Shown here piece after piece: positions 26,043 to 36,627 of a stretch of DNA of 64,000 bases. Source of the stretch: Podospora anserina (lineage: Eukaryota); assembly GCA_017654855.1 (NCBI GenBank), contig CM030332.1:2418001-2482000 (forward strand), written 5' to 3'. A model generated the notes under the pieces. That model searched no databases. It worked only from the letters and a program-made list of their open reading frames with translations, and was not told the DNA's origin. The position numbers and the translations under genes were made by a program. The stretch's first letter is position 1. Every line of letters starts with the position of its first letter.

Positions 26043-28445
26043 TCACCACATTGACCTACTTGTCCCTTCGTATCCGAAATTCAACGCAACCGCAACAAAC
26101 AAAGCAGCGCATAGCACCGTAGGCCCCACCTTGTCGTAGTATTTCGCCGCCTGGCGGGTACGGATGGCTTTGCTGCGATAGAGATAGGTGGCCACGGCGT
26201 AGCAGAGCGACATTACTGCCAGGAACGTAAAGGCACCGGCAGCGATGAATGAGGCCTTGTCGCCGCGCTTGGTACTGAAGTTGAGCAAGGTCACGGCGAT
26301 GGTGCCAATGTAAATCGAGTATTCAAGCTGCTGATTGTTAGCAAATCATTACTGTCAGGGAGTAGAAGAGAGGCAACATACCCAACCCAGGAACGTTCTC
26401 TCTGCCGCAAAGTACACCTTGGGTTCTACGCGAACGGGCACATAGATCTTCTTCCCCTTGGGCGCCTTGAATCTCTTTTGTTGAATCTCGCCGGTACCCA
26501 AAAGCGACTCCAGTCTTGCGTTGCGAGGTACGGTAGTTGCCCGAGGGCGTGGGACAATAGCTTTCAGACCAGTCCACACTGCATGGCCGACAGTGTGTGC
26601 TGTGGTGGAAGCCAGAGTCTGGTAATATGTCCACCCACCAACCCTTCTCGCCTCCGCTAGTCTGTCTTCATCATCCTCGTCATCGGAGTCATAAAGATAG
26701 ACGTCATCATTGGTAGGACGGTCGACAGTTTGGTCTTCCACATCAGATGCTGCCAGAAGGGCCCTGCCGTTCCGAGCGGCAGCACCCTGTCTGATAGATT
26801 CCCCGTTTTGGGCTCCCAATACTCCACCCTCGTCATCAGAGTCCTCCTCGTCCTCGTCATCTGACGTCGATGTCGTGGCCGAGTGCTCTGTTCTTTTGAT
26901 GCCAAAGTCATGGCTTGCTGGCTTCCGAATGTCGACATCCATCTGGGGCATCCAGTATGGCAGCAGGTGTATCCTGTCAGGGAACAGGGTGGCAGTGCCG
27001 TGGATAAACTTGGAGAACTTGGGTACGGCTTCGACCAAGTGGCTGGAAATCAGCTGTCGTACCCAATCGGGGGGTTCTTGGCCGTGCTGTGTTTGAAGCT
27101 TGACCTCGAGGACTGCATAGGGAAACCGCACGATATCTCCGGGTGGGAGCTGTGAAAATGGGTAGTCAATACCAATGTCCATGCGTCTCCAGTTATCACC
27201 GGAGCGCGTGACACCATCCAAGTTGTCCTCTCTGATCATGGTAAGCTCGGTGTCAAGCGAGATACGGACTCGGGCGTCGGCAGGCAGCTGGAAGGCGGTA
27301 CGGTGGTAGAAGGATCGGCAGACTGGCTTGTAGCCCTTCTTCAGGACCGACCACTGTATCTCCTTGGCTAATCTTTCGTCTTCGGCAATGGCCTTTTCCG
27401 ACTTCTTGCCTTCCTTGCGAGCCTTTTCGAAAATAGCGGCAGGGAGCAGCTCGCCACGCATGTAGGCATTGACATTCTTCTCTTTGATGGCGAAACGGGC
27501 CTTGACTGATTTTTCACCCGTCCAGTCTTCTCTGTGTGTTTTGCGCTCAACGAAGATGGTCTCGTTCTGCATACCGCCATACCAACGCAATCGAATCGCC
27601 TCGGCTCCTTCCGTCTTCTTCAGACGACCCTCGTATAGCTCCCACGTGTCGGGGTTGTCATAGTAGATGGATGTGATGGCTGAATCGGCGGCTTCGAACT
27701 CTTTGCTGGCATTGAAAACCAGAACAGGCAAGTGCTTTAGAATGATCAATTTGAGTTCTGTGACATTGTCGGGATGCACCCAGTATTTGGTCGTGTTGCG
27801 AATGAAACTGGCCTGGCTTCCGCCGGCTGCGCTGTCACCCTTTACGGGGTTTCCTCTTGTTCGAACCAAGTCGTACAGCTTGGACAACTTGACAACCGAG
27901 GCATCATAGTTTTCTTTGTAGAATGGTTTCGCCTTGAGGCGGGTTTCGAAGACGGGCTTGAGGTGCCATCCAGTCATTTTGTCATGCTTCTTGATGATCT
28001 TGTAGAATCCCGTGTAATTGAGCTGCACGAACTTGGCGAGATCGTGGACGTCGGCAATGATGTCGCTCAGGTCCTCCTCGAGAAGCATGAACTCCTCCTC
28101 GCTGGGCCCATCTTGGCTCAATCCGCGCTCGTTGAGGCGGTTAACCACATCGCGGACCTCGCGCTCGCTGACGGCGATACGACGCGAGATCTCCATCGCC
28201 TTGACCTGCTGTTTTGTGTGCACTTTTTCGAGCTCGGCCTCGAGCTTGCTGATGAAGCGGCTTTCATCGTCTTCTGTCCATTCGCGGCGCGATTGCTGCC
28301 TGTTGTTGGGCTTTGTGCTGTTGTCGCCGACGGGCTGCACAGAGCCAGAGGGATGCTTGAGGTCGGCCTTGAGCCCGTCATAATCGATGTAGTACCATTG
28401 GTATTCGCGGATGGCGCTCGATCGGAGCTGTTCGCCGAACTTCAT
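26043..28445 (-). CDS. VTC4: Vacuolar polyphosphate polymerase Vtc4 (SPX + VTC + DUF202 TM)
   Basis: SPX start 'MKFGEQL...YIDYDGLK', '[15 protein letters not shown]', '[10 protein letters not shown]', 'IRLRWYG', '[14 protein letters not shown]'. Intron at about 26329-26381, then TM exon 26043-26328. Confidence 0.95.
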
Positions 28446-29492
28446 GACGACAACGCCGGGACGGACGCGGCAATTGGACTTGCTGAGCTTGCGGTTTCGG
28501 GCGTATTGTTTAGTGATTTGTCGAGTCTTGAGATCGTGGATAATCAGCATGGACCGGCGGGGCAGGTTCTAACGGCTGCCCATATAGTTAACAGTAGCCA
28601 AGCAACAGTTGCTGTAGAGTTGCCAGTTGCCACCGAAACTGAAGTGCAACGCAAGGTTTCTCTCTTCTCTCAGCGGTATCCTGGGATGCGAGCTCCACTG
28701 TTGCGGATCAGGAGCCCAGCTAAGCGCAGTGGGCTGTTTGGCTCGGGACCTGGAGTGTTTTTGCTTCGTCTCTTTCTCGTGGTGAAGCTATTCAAACTTT
28801 GAAGAGATGAAAACACAAAGAAGCGGAAAAAGCCAGTCCAGAGGCTGGCTCAGCAAGTGGTGCCAGACCAACAGGGGCTTCTGTAACCAGCGGAAGCCAC
28901 GATGGCCCAGGCACAGCAACTTGTGCCATCACCGACACACGTTTCACCAACATTGGTTGCCATTGGCGAATGGCTCGACTTCGCTTTCTCTTGGCGCCCG
29001 ACCGGGATTAGGTGGATCTTAGCTCGTCCTGAGCTTGCATCGGAATGACGTTTTGGTGAAGAACAACGCTAGGTTGGGCCTGGGCCCTTTGCCGTCCTCA
29101 ACGTTCAACAGGTGGCTTTCGTTCTCAAGAATGAAAAAGGATTAAGGGCTATCATTTATCTTGATACCTACTGTGTAAAGTCCTTGAGGTGCCAATCAAC
29201 CTGAACTTTGTAGAACGGCCATATTCCATCAGAATGACCCCCAGTCCTAAGTGCAAGCCCCTGTACCTGTCCCACATGTCGCGATAAAAGATAACGATAA
29301 CGGCCACAGACCCGCAAGAAAAATGTCGATGAGGGGGAGGGGCAACCGCTAAATCGCACAGGCTGTCCTAGGCTTGGATAGTGCCACAAAGTACGAAGTC
29401 GACTTCCAAACCAGAACCTGATCGCAGCAAGAGATTGGTTTCGTTTCCTGACTGAACGACTACCAAGCGACGGCCAGTTCAGCTAGACCATC

Positions 29493-30860
29493 ATGATCCT
29501 CCTCGACTCCGAGCGGGATGCCATCTCGGCCCGCATCTCTGAGGCCTGCCCACCCGAGATACAAAAAGTTCTTACCGCGGCTTGGGCGCACGATGTCGCA
29601 ACTGTGAAAAAGCTCCTCGACACCCCCGAGGCCGCCAGGGGCCAAGACCCCCTGACCGGGGAGACGCCGCTGCACGCCGCCATCCGATCGTGCGGTCCCC
29701 CTTCCGAAGACGACGATGAGGCCGATTTGGCGGCTGCGAGAGAGACAGTTCAAGAGCTCTTGCTTTGGGGAGGCATCTGGAACGATGTCGACGATCGCAA
29801 TGAGACTCCTGGTTGCGTCGCCCATCGTCTAGGCCGGACTGAGCTGTACAACCTCTGTGTTGACGCTGGTGTAAGAGCTGAGATGCTTTTCGGGGTGCTG
29901 GAGGGGTACGAGGAGCTGGAAAGTGACGACGAGGAAGAGGACGAGGAGGATGCTCATCAGGAGGCTGGCGAGTCGGAGATGGTGGTTGTGGGCGAGGATG
30001 GAGAGGAGGCCCCTGAACTGATCAATGTACCAACAAACGGAGCTGCGGAGGAAGCGTCACAAGGATTTGTCCCACCACAAGACGACGCGGTCGATGTCAA
30101 CTCGGAGCAATATCTGAGGTCGAAGCTGACATACTCTGACGGGAAGTTGGTAGACGACGAGGGTAATGGAGTGATGATGGCCTGGGAAACAGATATCATG
30201 CGCCAGAGCGTTGATGCTCTGCTGCCGAGCAAGGAACCAGGGAAGAGAATCCTCAATATCGGCTTTGGTATGGGCATCATTGACACAATGTTCGCTGAGA
30301 CTAAGCCAGCAAAGCATCACATTGTTGAGGCCCATCCCGGAGTCCTTGAACACATTTCTAGCCCCGACTCCAAGTTTGGCCCAAGCTGGGAGGCAAGCGC
30401 CCCTGAGCCTGGCGCCTACAAGATTCACCAAGGAAAGTGGCAAGAGGTGTGCGTCAAGCTTTTGCAAGAAGGCAATGTGTACGATGCTATTTACTTCGAC
30501 ACATTTGGTGAAGATTATTCGCAACTACGCATGTTTTTTACTGAACTTATCCCCGGCCTGCTGGACAGCAATGGCATCTTTGGTTTCTTCAACGGCCTTG
30601 GCGCGGATCGGATGATTTGCTACGACGTCTATACCAAGGTCTCGGAGCTTCATCTTGCCGATGCTGGGCTTGATGTCGAGTGGAAAGTGATTGATGTTGA
30701 CATGTCCCGACTGGCCGAGGAGGGCCAAGGCGAATGGGAGGGTGTTAGAAGGAGATATTGGACGTTGGACAGTGAGTACCCCCAAAGCAACCATGTTATG
30801 ACCAGAGATCTGATCCAATCAATAGAATACCGTCTGCCGATATGTACTTTCCTTGGTTGA
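29493..30860 (+). CDS. RMT2: Protein arginine N-methyltransferase Rmt2 (ankyrin + SAM domain)
   Basis: Ankyrin 'GETPLHAAI', 'VMMAWETDIM', 'ILNIGFGMGIID', 'IVEAHP', 'YFDTF.EDY', 'FFNGLGAD'. Probable 54-nt in-frame intron at 30772-30825. Confidence 0.92.
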   Translation: MILLDSERDAISARISEACPPEIQKVLTAAWAHDVATVKKLLDTPEAARGQDPLTGETPLHAAIRSCGPPSEDDDEADLAAARETVQELLLWGGIWNDVDDRNETPGCVAHRLGRTELYNLCVDAGVRAEMLFGVLEGYEELESDDEEEDEEDAHQEAGESEMVVVGEDGEEAPELINVPTNGAAEEASQGFVPPQDDAVDVNSEQYLRSKLTYSDGKLVDDEGNGVMMAWETDIMRQSVDALLPSKEPGKRILNIGFGMGIIDTMFAETKPAKHHIVEAHPGVLEHISSPDSKFGPSWEASAPEPGAYKIHQGKWQEVCVKLLQEGNVYDAIYFDTFGEDYSQLRMFFTELIPGLLDSNGIFGFFNGLGADRMICYDVYTKVSELHLADAGLDVEWKVIDVDMSRLAEEGQGEWEGVRRRYWTLDSEYPQSNHVMTRDLIQSIEYRLPICTFLG

Positions 30861-31210
30861 GCATAGCTTCTAGAACCCGCGCGAGAGTTTGGAGGTGATG
30901 GACCCCAATACAAATACGCCCCCCCACACACACACACGCATTTTTATTCTGTGTAACCACAACAAGGCTTTGAAGTTGTAGGCCTCACTGCATCTACCCC
31001 TCCCCCTACCATCTAGAGGACTCTCTGTGACTCAACAAAGCTGTCAGTAGCGGAAATGTGCAGAAGACAATTCCTCGATTCTTCAAATCCTCCCCACATG
31101 TTCTTCACCTCATCCATTGCGATGTTTTCTCGTATCTATGTCGAGGACTATTTGTGTTCTGTCCTTTGAGCATGCTAGTCCACCTCGGTCTTTGGCCCTG
31201 ATGAGCCATC

Positions 31211-33595
31211 ATGCTCTCCAAGAAGCAGCGCCAGCGAGAGCTTGCCTGTGCTGAAGATATATCACTTCTCTCCATTCTGAGCCCTCCTTCATACTCTCTG
31301 CTGGTGAACAAGCCACCATTCCTAAAGTCCCAACCTGACTCTTCGCGAGTTTTGCCGTTCGAAACCGAAGTCAGTCTGGCAAGCACTTTGGCTTTCCTCT
31401 CTGGTATCTCCGACGACCCCAGCCATGTGGTGGCAGCCTCTGTGGAAGAGTTGGGAAATGGAAACGGGATATGTGTCAGAGTGGCCATCAACAAAGACCA
31501 TGCCGGCGGCGGAGATGATGTGTTGGAAAGGATCCAGGATGGGTTGCAAAGGGTGCTGAAGTGTCTAGCCCCCAAACACACAGACTCAGACGATCACACC
31601 CACGATCAGACTTTGACGGCGATACTGGATATGTCCCAACCACGGCTGCTATCTCGTCTCGGAGTTCAGCGGGCTGGAATAAAGAAGGCCGCAAAGGACA
31701 GGTCCTTTTTCGGTTCACCCATTCAGCAAATCATCAATGCTGTCAGCCAATACAAATACACCAAGAAGGTGGAGGCAGAAGCTCGCAGATTTATTAAACT
31801 GGCTGGGGAGCTACTCACTCACCTCGAACAGCTCAAGACTTGCAAAGTAGTAGCTCTAACAGCCTGTTTCAAACGGGTCACTTACACGTCGTCCCAGCTT
31901 ATAGCAAGCATCAAGTTTGACAAGCTATTCTCAGCACTGAATATCGACCCATTGATGAAAACTGGGTTTGTCACTCGACTTGGAAAGATTGCCCGGTACT
32001 ACGAGAGTTCGCACTTTCTAGTCCAGCTGGCGAAGAGGAGCATACTTTTTGACCACACGGAGGTCACAACGATCAAATTAAACGAGGAAGCATTTTTGAG
32101 AGTTCCAAACTCTGAGACCATTCATCGACTATCAGAATGCCTCTCACGTTGCCATCCCGGCGCTCCATTGCCTCTCAATATCAACAAAATCTGCCAAAAG
32201 GTCAAGACGGACCCGACAACGGCCAACGCAGTGTTTGGGAAGGCAACCAGGAAGATACTGGCTGAGTCAAAGGTCCATGCGGAAGTGCAGATAGTGGCCT
32301 ACTATGGGCTTCATCCAGTGGCGCGCAAGCCCCGGGTAATATGCTCAAACAAGGACGCATGCTATATGTGCAACTTGTTCATTCAAGTTCACGGGATGTA
32401 CTATGTGCCCAAGAGCCATGGAAGATTGTATACTGGCTGGAGGGTCCCGCCTATATCTTCCCTCAACGACGCACATGCTCAGCTTGACAAAGCTTTGCAG
32501 AACAAGATCAGGGATGTTGTTCAGGAGTTCAAGGATTTTGGCGATCGAGAACGGGTATTGGATCTCAATCAGAATGAGAGCACCATCTTTCCATTCACGA
32601 CCCTTATGTCGTCGCTGGAAAGCATATCACTGCCCGTGGCAAAGCCTCCACAGGCCGGTCAGGTGCAGAAGCCTCCGCGACCACCCCAGAGACTACACGA
32701 GCCACCTCAGCGTCGATTACCCGAGCGACCACAATCAGAGCAACGACAGCCAGAGCAATCGCAAGAGCAACCACAAGAGCTATCGCCTGCAACTACACAA
32801 CTGTCCAAGCCTCACATAGTCAAAACAAGCACCCCGCGCATAGAACGTCGAGATGAGAGAATCACTGATCAACAGCCTACTATTGAACCAACTTCATCAA
32901 CCTCCAAGTCATCTTCAACACCTGTGTTCAGCCCAACACTTGTAGCGCCATCTCCAGAAGATCTTCCATCGCCTCCGAGACCAAAACCGCCAGTAAAACA
33001 AGACACGCCCATCCCCGTAAAAACCCTTCCAAAACCAACCCTCGCCAACCTCTCGCTCCTCGACCAACAATCTCCCGACCTATTGGAAAACCAAAAACCA
33101 ACACGACAAACGAGCCGAACTTCGTCAGAGCCAGCAGAGGTAACCCCTTCTCTGCCCACCAAAGCCCAAAACTCGCGAGGAAGCGAGGGTAAAAGGGTGG
33201 AGTCGTCTGAGCAAAAAGGAAAAGTCTTGCTCCAAAGGGGGAAAACCACTGGTATTTGGATGGACGAGGGGGTGCTGCCGCCTGTTTTTACGGCTGGGGG
33301 GCTGGATATCTTTTTGGAGAATGTGACTGAATGTAAAAGAGGGAGAAAAAGGGGAAGCACCGGGAAGGTGGTGAGGGTGGATTTAACTTGGTTGGGTGGG
33401 GAGGGTGAGAGAAGGCCAAGGATGAAGAGGGGGAGGAATTATCATTTCCTAGAGGGGCTGGAGAGGGGGATGGAGGTCGATGGGGGGAGCGGAGAGGTTG
33501 TGGTTTTGGAGGGGGGTGGGGAGGTGGTTGTTGTTGAGGTTGTTGGGGAGGGAAGGGGGAAGGGGGTGTCGGGGGGTAAGGCCGAATGGGCATGA
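31211..33595 (+). CDS. OTT_1508-like zinc-dependent nucleic-acid deaminase-domain protein
   Basis: 794 aa intronless ORF. 'E.SLASTLAFLS', 'KVHAEVQIV' (HxE), 'ICSNKDACYMCNLF' (CxxC), 'SHGRLYTGW'. P/Q/S-rich tail. Confidence 0.75.
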   Translation: MLSKKQRQRELACAEDISLLSILSPPSYSLLVNKPPFLKSQPDSSRVLPFETEVSLASTLAFLSGISDDPSHVVAASVEELGNGNGICVRVAINKDHAGGGDDVLERIQDGLQRVLKCLAPKHTDSDDHTHDQTLTAILDMSQPRLLSRLGVQRAGIKKAAKDRSFFGSPIQQIINAVSQYKYTKKVEAEARRFIKLAGELLTHLEQLKTCKVVALTACFKRVTYTSSQLIASIKFDKLFSALNIDPLMKTGFVTRLGKIARYYESSHFLVQLAKRSILFDHTEVTTIKLNEEAFLRVPNSETIHRLSECLSRCHPGAPLPLNINKICQKVKTDPTTANAVFGKATRKILAESKVHAEVQIVAYYGLHPVARKPRVICSNKDACYMCNLFIQVHGMYYVPKSHGRLYTGWRVPPISSLNDAHAQLDKALQNKIRDVVQEFKDFGDRERVLDLNQNESTIFPFTTLMSSLESISLPVAKPPQAGQVQKPPRPPQRLHEPPQRRLPERPQSEQRQPEQSQEQPQELSPATTQLSKPHIVKTSTPRIERRDERITDQQPTIEPTSSTSKSSSTPVFSPTLVAPSPEDLPSPPRPKPPVKQDTPIPVKTLPKPTLANLSLLDQQSPDLLENQKPTRQTSRTSSEPAEVTPSLPTKAQNSRGSEGKRVESSEQKGKVLLQRGKTTGIWMDEGVLPPVFTAGGLDIFLENVTECKRGRKRGSTGKVVRVDLTWLGGEGERRPRMKRGRNYHFLEGLERGMEVDGGSGEVVVLEGGGEVVVVEVVGEGRGKGVSGGKAEWA

Positions 33596-33906
33596 GCTCA
33601 GGGAATAATTTATAGAGAATGTTTGCGTGTATAGTCCCTGATGGAGTTAATTACAGAATGATTAAAAGATAACCGCGGATATCTCTTACTAACTAGACAC
33701 TGGAATTGACGATGTTGAAACACCTATCGTAATGCCCTTGTTCAGGTTCACATTTGCTATATTCCCCGGAACGCGATCCTAAATCCGGGAAGGGGCTCTT
33801 CTAGACCTCATAGACACGCCCGATTTGCCAAGTCAAGCATATTGATCATACCGTCGAATTACCGCCCATAAACTTATACTGTGCCATTACTGTTCCAAAA
33901 CCACTC

Positions 33907-34950
33907 TCACGCCTTCCCCTCAAGACCCATACCTTCCATCCTCGTCTCCCACACATCCTTCACACTCATAGCATAATCCCTAAACTTCTTCGGCGCCGTC
34001 CCCGTCACACTAAAAATCACATCATTCGTCCTATTCTCGGCCCCAAACTTGATTGCCGTGTCCATCGCACTCATCATCCTCGCGTACTCCTCCGGCATCC
34101 CAAACCGTGCGTGTCTCTTCTCAAGCTCAGCAGACGATAGGTCAACATGGACAATCTTCCTCCCCAGCACCTCGGTAAGTATTTTCGCAATCTGGTTTCC
34201 ACCTATTAGCAAACCCCCTTCCCCCTCGCATTTGTTCAGTTGCATATCACATACCTCATCATAACTCAACAGCTCCGGCCCCAACACCATCCACTCCGTA
34301 TTCGGCGCCTCCTCCCCCGTCAACGCCCTCACCGCCACGCTCGCAATATCATCCGCACTCACCCACGGAATCTTTCCATCCTCGGTCGCGCTGTAAATCT
34401 TGCTCTCACTCCTGATCGACTCCTTGTGACTAGGCTGCTCAGCAATATTCTGCTGAAACCAGGTCGGCCTCAACACCCCCCACTCCACATCCCCTCTTTG
34501 CCCCAACTCCCGGAGATAAGCGTGGACCTTGCCCATCAAGGGCCCACCGGCTTCGATGCTGGACGCAGACTGGAGGATGAACCTGTGCACACCTCGGGAA
34601 CGGGCAAATTCGATGAACTCAATCATGGGGCGGTCGCCTGAGAGGGATGGGGGGGCGACGAGGTAGATTGATTTGATTGGCTGGGGGGCGGGTTGGGGTT
34701 TGGAGGACTGTTGGGCTTGTTCAGGTTCGGTGGTGGTGCCTTCGGTGCTGTTTGTCTTGCTGAGGAAGATGGGCTCCCAGGTGTAGGGGTCGTCCCAGTC
34801 GAAGTTGACGTGAGAAAGGGAAGATGACGGAGGGGGGTTGCGGGAGGCGATGAGGGTGGGAATTCCTTGGGAGGCGAGCTGGGAGGCTATGCGGGAGCCG
34901 ACGGTGCCTGTGCCGCCTAGGATGAGAATGGGCGCTTCTATTGATGTCAT
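33907..34950 (-). CDS. NmrA-like NAD(P)-dependent reductase (EasG/agroclavine dehydrogenase-like)
   Basis: 'ILILGGTGTVGSRIA', 'FDWDDPYTW', 'VLRPTWFQQN', 'IYSATEDGKIPWVSADDIA', 'VLGPELLSYD'. One in-frame intron at about 34194-34256. Confidence 0.85.
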   Translation of the reverse strand: MTSIEAPILILGGTGTVGSRIASQLASQGIPTLIASRNPPPSSSLSHVNFDWDDPYTWEPIFLSKTNSTEGTTTEPEQAQQSSKPQPAPQPIKSIYLVAPPSLSGDRPMIEFIEFARSRGVHRFILQSASSIEAGGPLMGKVHAYLRELGQRGDVEWGVLRPTWFQQNIAEQPSHKESIRSESKIYSATEDGKIPWVSADDIASVAVRALTGEEAPNTEWMVLGPELLSYDEVCDMQLNKCEGEGGLLIGGNQIAKILTEVLGRKIVHVDLSSAELEKRHARFGMPEEYARMMSAMDTAIKFGAENRTNDVIFSVTGTAPKKFRDYAMSVKDVWETRMEGMGLEGKA

Positions 34951-35555
34951 TGTGTTTGAGTGCTGGTGATGTGGTGTCAATCTCAAGAAGAGGAGAAAAT
35001 ATATGAAGGAGAAAAGAAAAGGCGATGAACTGCAGTGGAAGAAGTGTGGTTGATGAGGTAAGGAGAGGGCTGATGGGCTGTTTATATGTTGCTTCAGATG
35101 AACGCCATGATGAGTTCATATGAGCTTGAGCACGTACCCCTTTGAGAGAGAGCCGCAGGGTTAATAAGCAAAAGTGCATGTCGGGGCCGTGTGAAGCTGT
35201 AGGAATTGCTCCAGGTGACAATTCAGCCAATCAGAGCGCTCAACTTACAGTGCGATTGCCCGATCTGGCGCTGCAATAATCCCCGGAGCAACTGTCCAAA
35301 ATCACCGGCGGGGTGACTTTTCTGCCGAATAGCCTCGACTTGCATGGCATCTCGGAGTTAAGTGGTTGACATCTCCATAAAGTGGTATCTGAAGAAACAT
35401 AAATATGACCAACTCAACTGCTCATGCCGAATATTTCTCATTGTATCGAAGTCATCTCACATTCAACTGTTAGCTATTCTACCACTTGGGCATTCCCAAG
35501 AAGCTTGCACACTTCAACATCCAGTCAGAAAGCTTCATAGCTTTGCTTGTCCACA

Positions 35556-36433
35556 ATGACTTACACCGTCACCCAATTTCTCCTCGATAAATCTAACATT
35601 GAGGAGGTGATTCTCAAAGTGGTATGTTCTCCCATGTCCCCCTCGCTCTTTCCCGCCACTGTACCTTCCTCCCTTCCACTCTCCTACTGCACCTTCTTAC
35701 CACTGCACCTTCCTACCACCACACCACCTTCCTACCACGCACCTTCCTGTCCTTGCACCTTCCCAAGAATCACGTCTGCACCTTCCCTGCATTGCACCTG
35801 CACCCATTGCTCCTTCCCAGGAACATTGCTCCTGCCAAAACACCCCTTCACTTTTCCCCCTTTACCACATTACCACATTCCCCCTTTTTCACCCTTTAAC
35901 CACCCCGACTCACGCTCCACTACTTACCCCCTTTCCCTCCGCTAACCACCCCTCCACCCTCTCAGCCCCTCTACTACGATCTAAAAACCCTCCCCCCACT
36001 CCTCAACGAAGTCTACGCCCCCAACCTCACCATAGATTACACCTCCCTCCTCGGCGGCACCCCCCTCACAATCTCCTCCCACGACTGGGTGCACAACCAT
36101 CTCGCCCCCCTCATCGAGGTCTACTCCTCCTCTCAGCACGTGACTACCGGTATTATCCTTCCCGACCTCCCCCAGCCTGGTCCCGATTCCTCCAGGCCGA
36201 CAACAGTAAAGGTGTATGCACAGGTGGCTGGGAATTTAGTCCCTAATGATGGGAAGGGGCCAAAACTAATCCAGAACGGGGGGTTGCTGGAGGCCGAGGT
36301 GGAGAGGTTTGAGAGTTTGGAACGGGAGGGGGGGGATGGCTGGCGGATTACGAGGTATAAAGTGACAAAGGGGTGGGATAATGGTGCTGGGGTGATGGAT
36401 GTTGTGAGGGGGGAGGAGGAGGGTGATAATTGA
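35556..36433 (+). CDS. SnoaL/NTF2-like small protein
   Basis: Exon 1 'MTYTVTQFLLDKSNIEEVILKV', a pyrimidine-rich intron at about 35622-35965 (GTATGT...GCTAAC...CAG), then 'PLYYD...IDYTSLLGG...SSQHVTT...NGG....GWRIT'. Confidence 0.7.
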
Positions 36434-36627
36434 GAGGGGGTGGTTTTATGTTTAGAGACAAAGTGGATTGATTGATTGCTATAGAATAATAAACAAGGCA
36501 AAACAATGGGAAAAATAAATAAAGAAATCGGGGTATTTCTATCGCTATTTTTCATGCATCTTTTCAACAAAACCCTTTTTTCCCCTTCCCATGCCAATCT
36601 CTACATTCTTCATGACCCCCCCAAAAC

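Noticed and set aside
28938-28943. CACGTT Pho4/NUC-1-type site upstream of VTC4
   Set aside because: It is biologically plausible, but a single hexamer is expected by chance.
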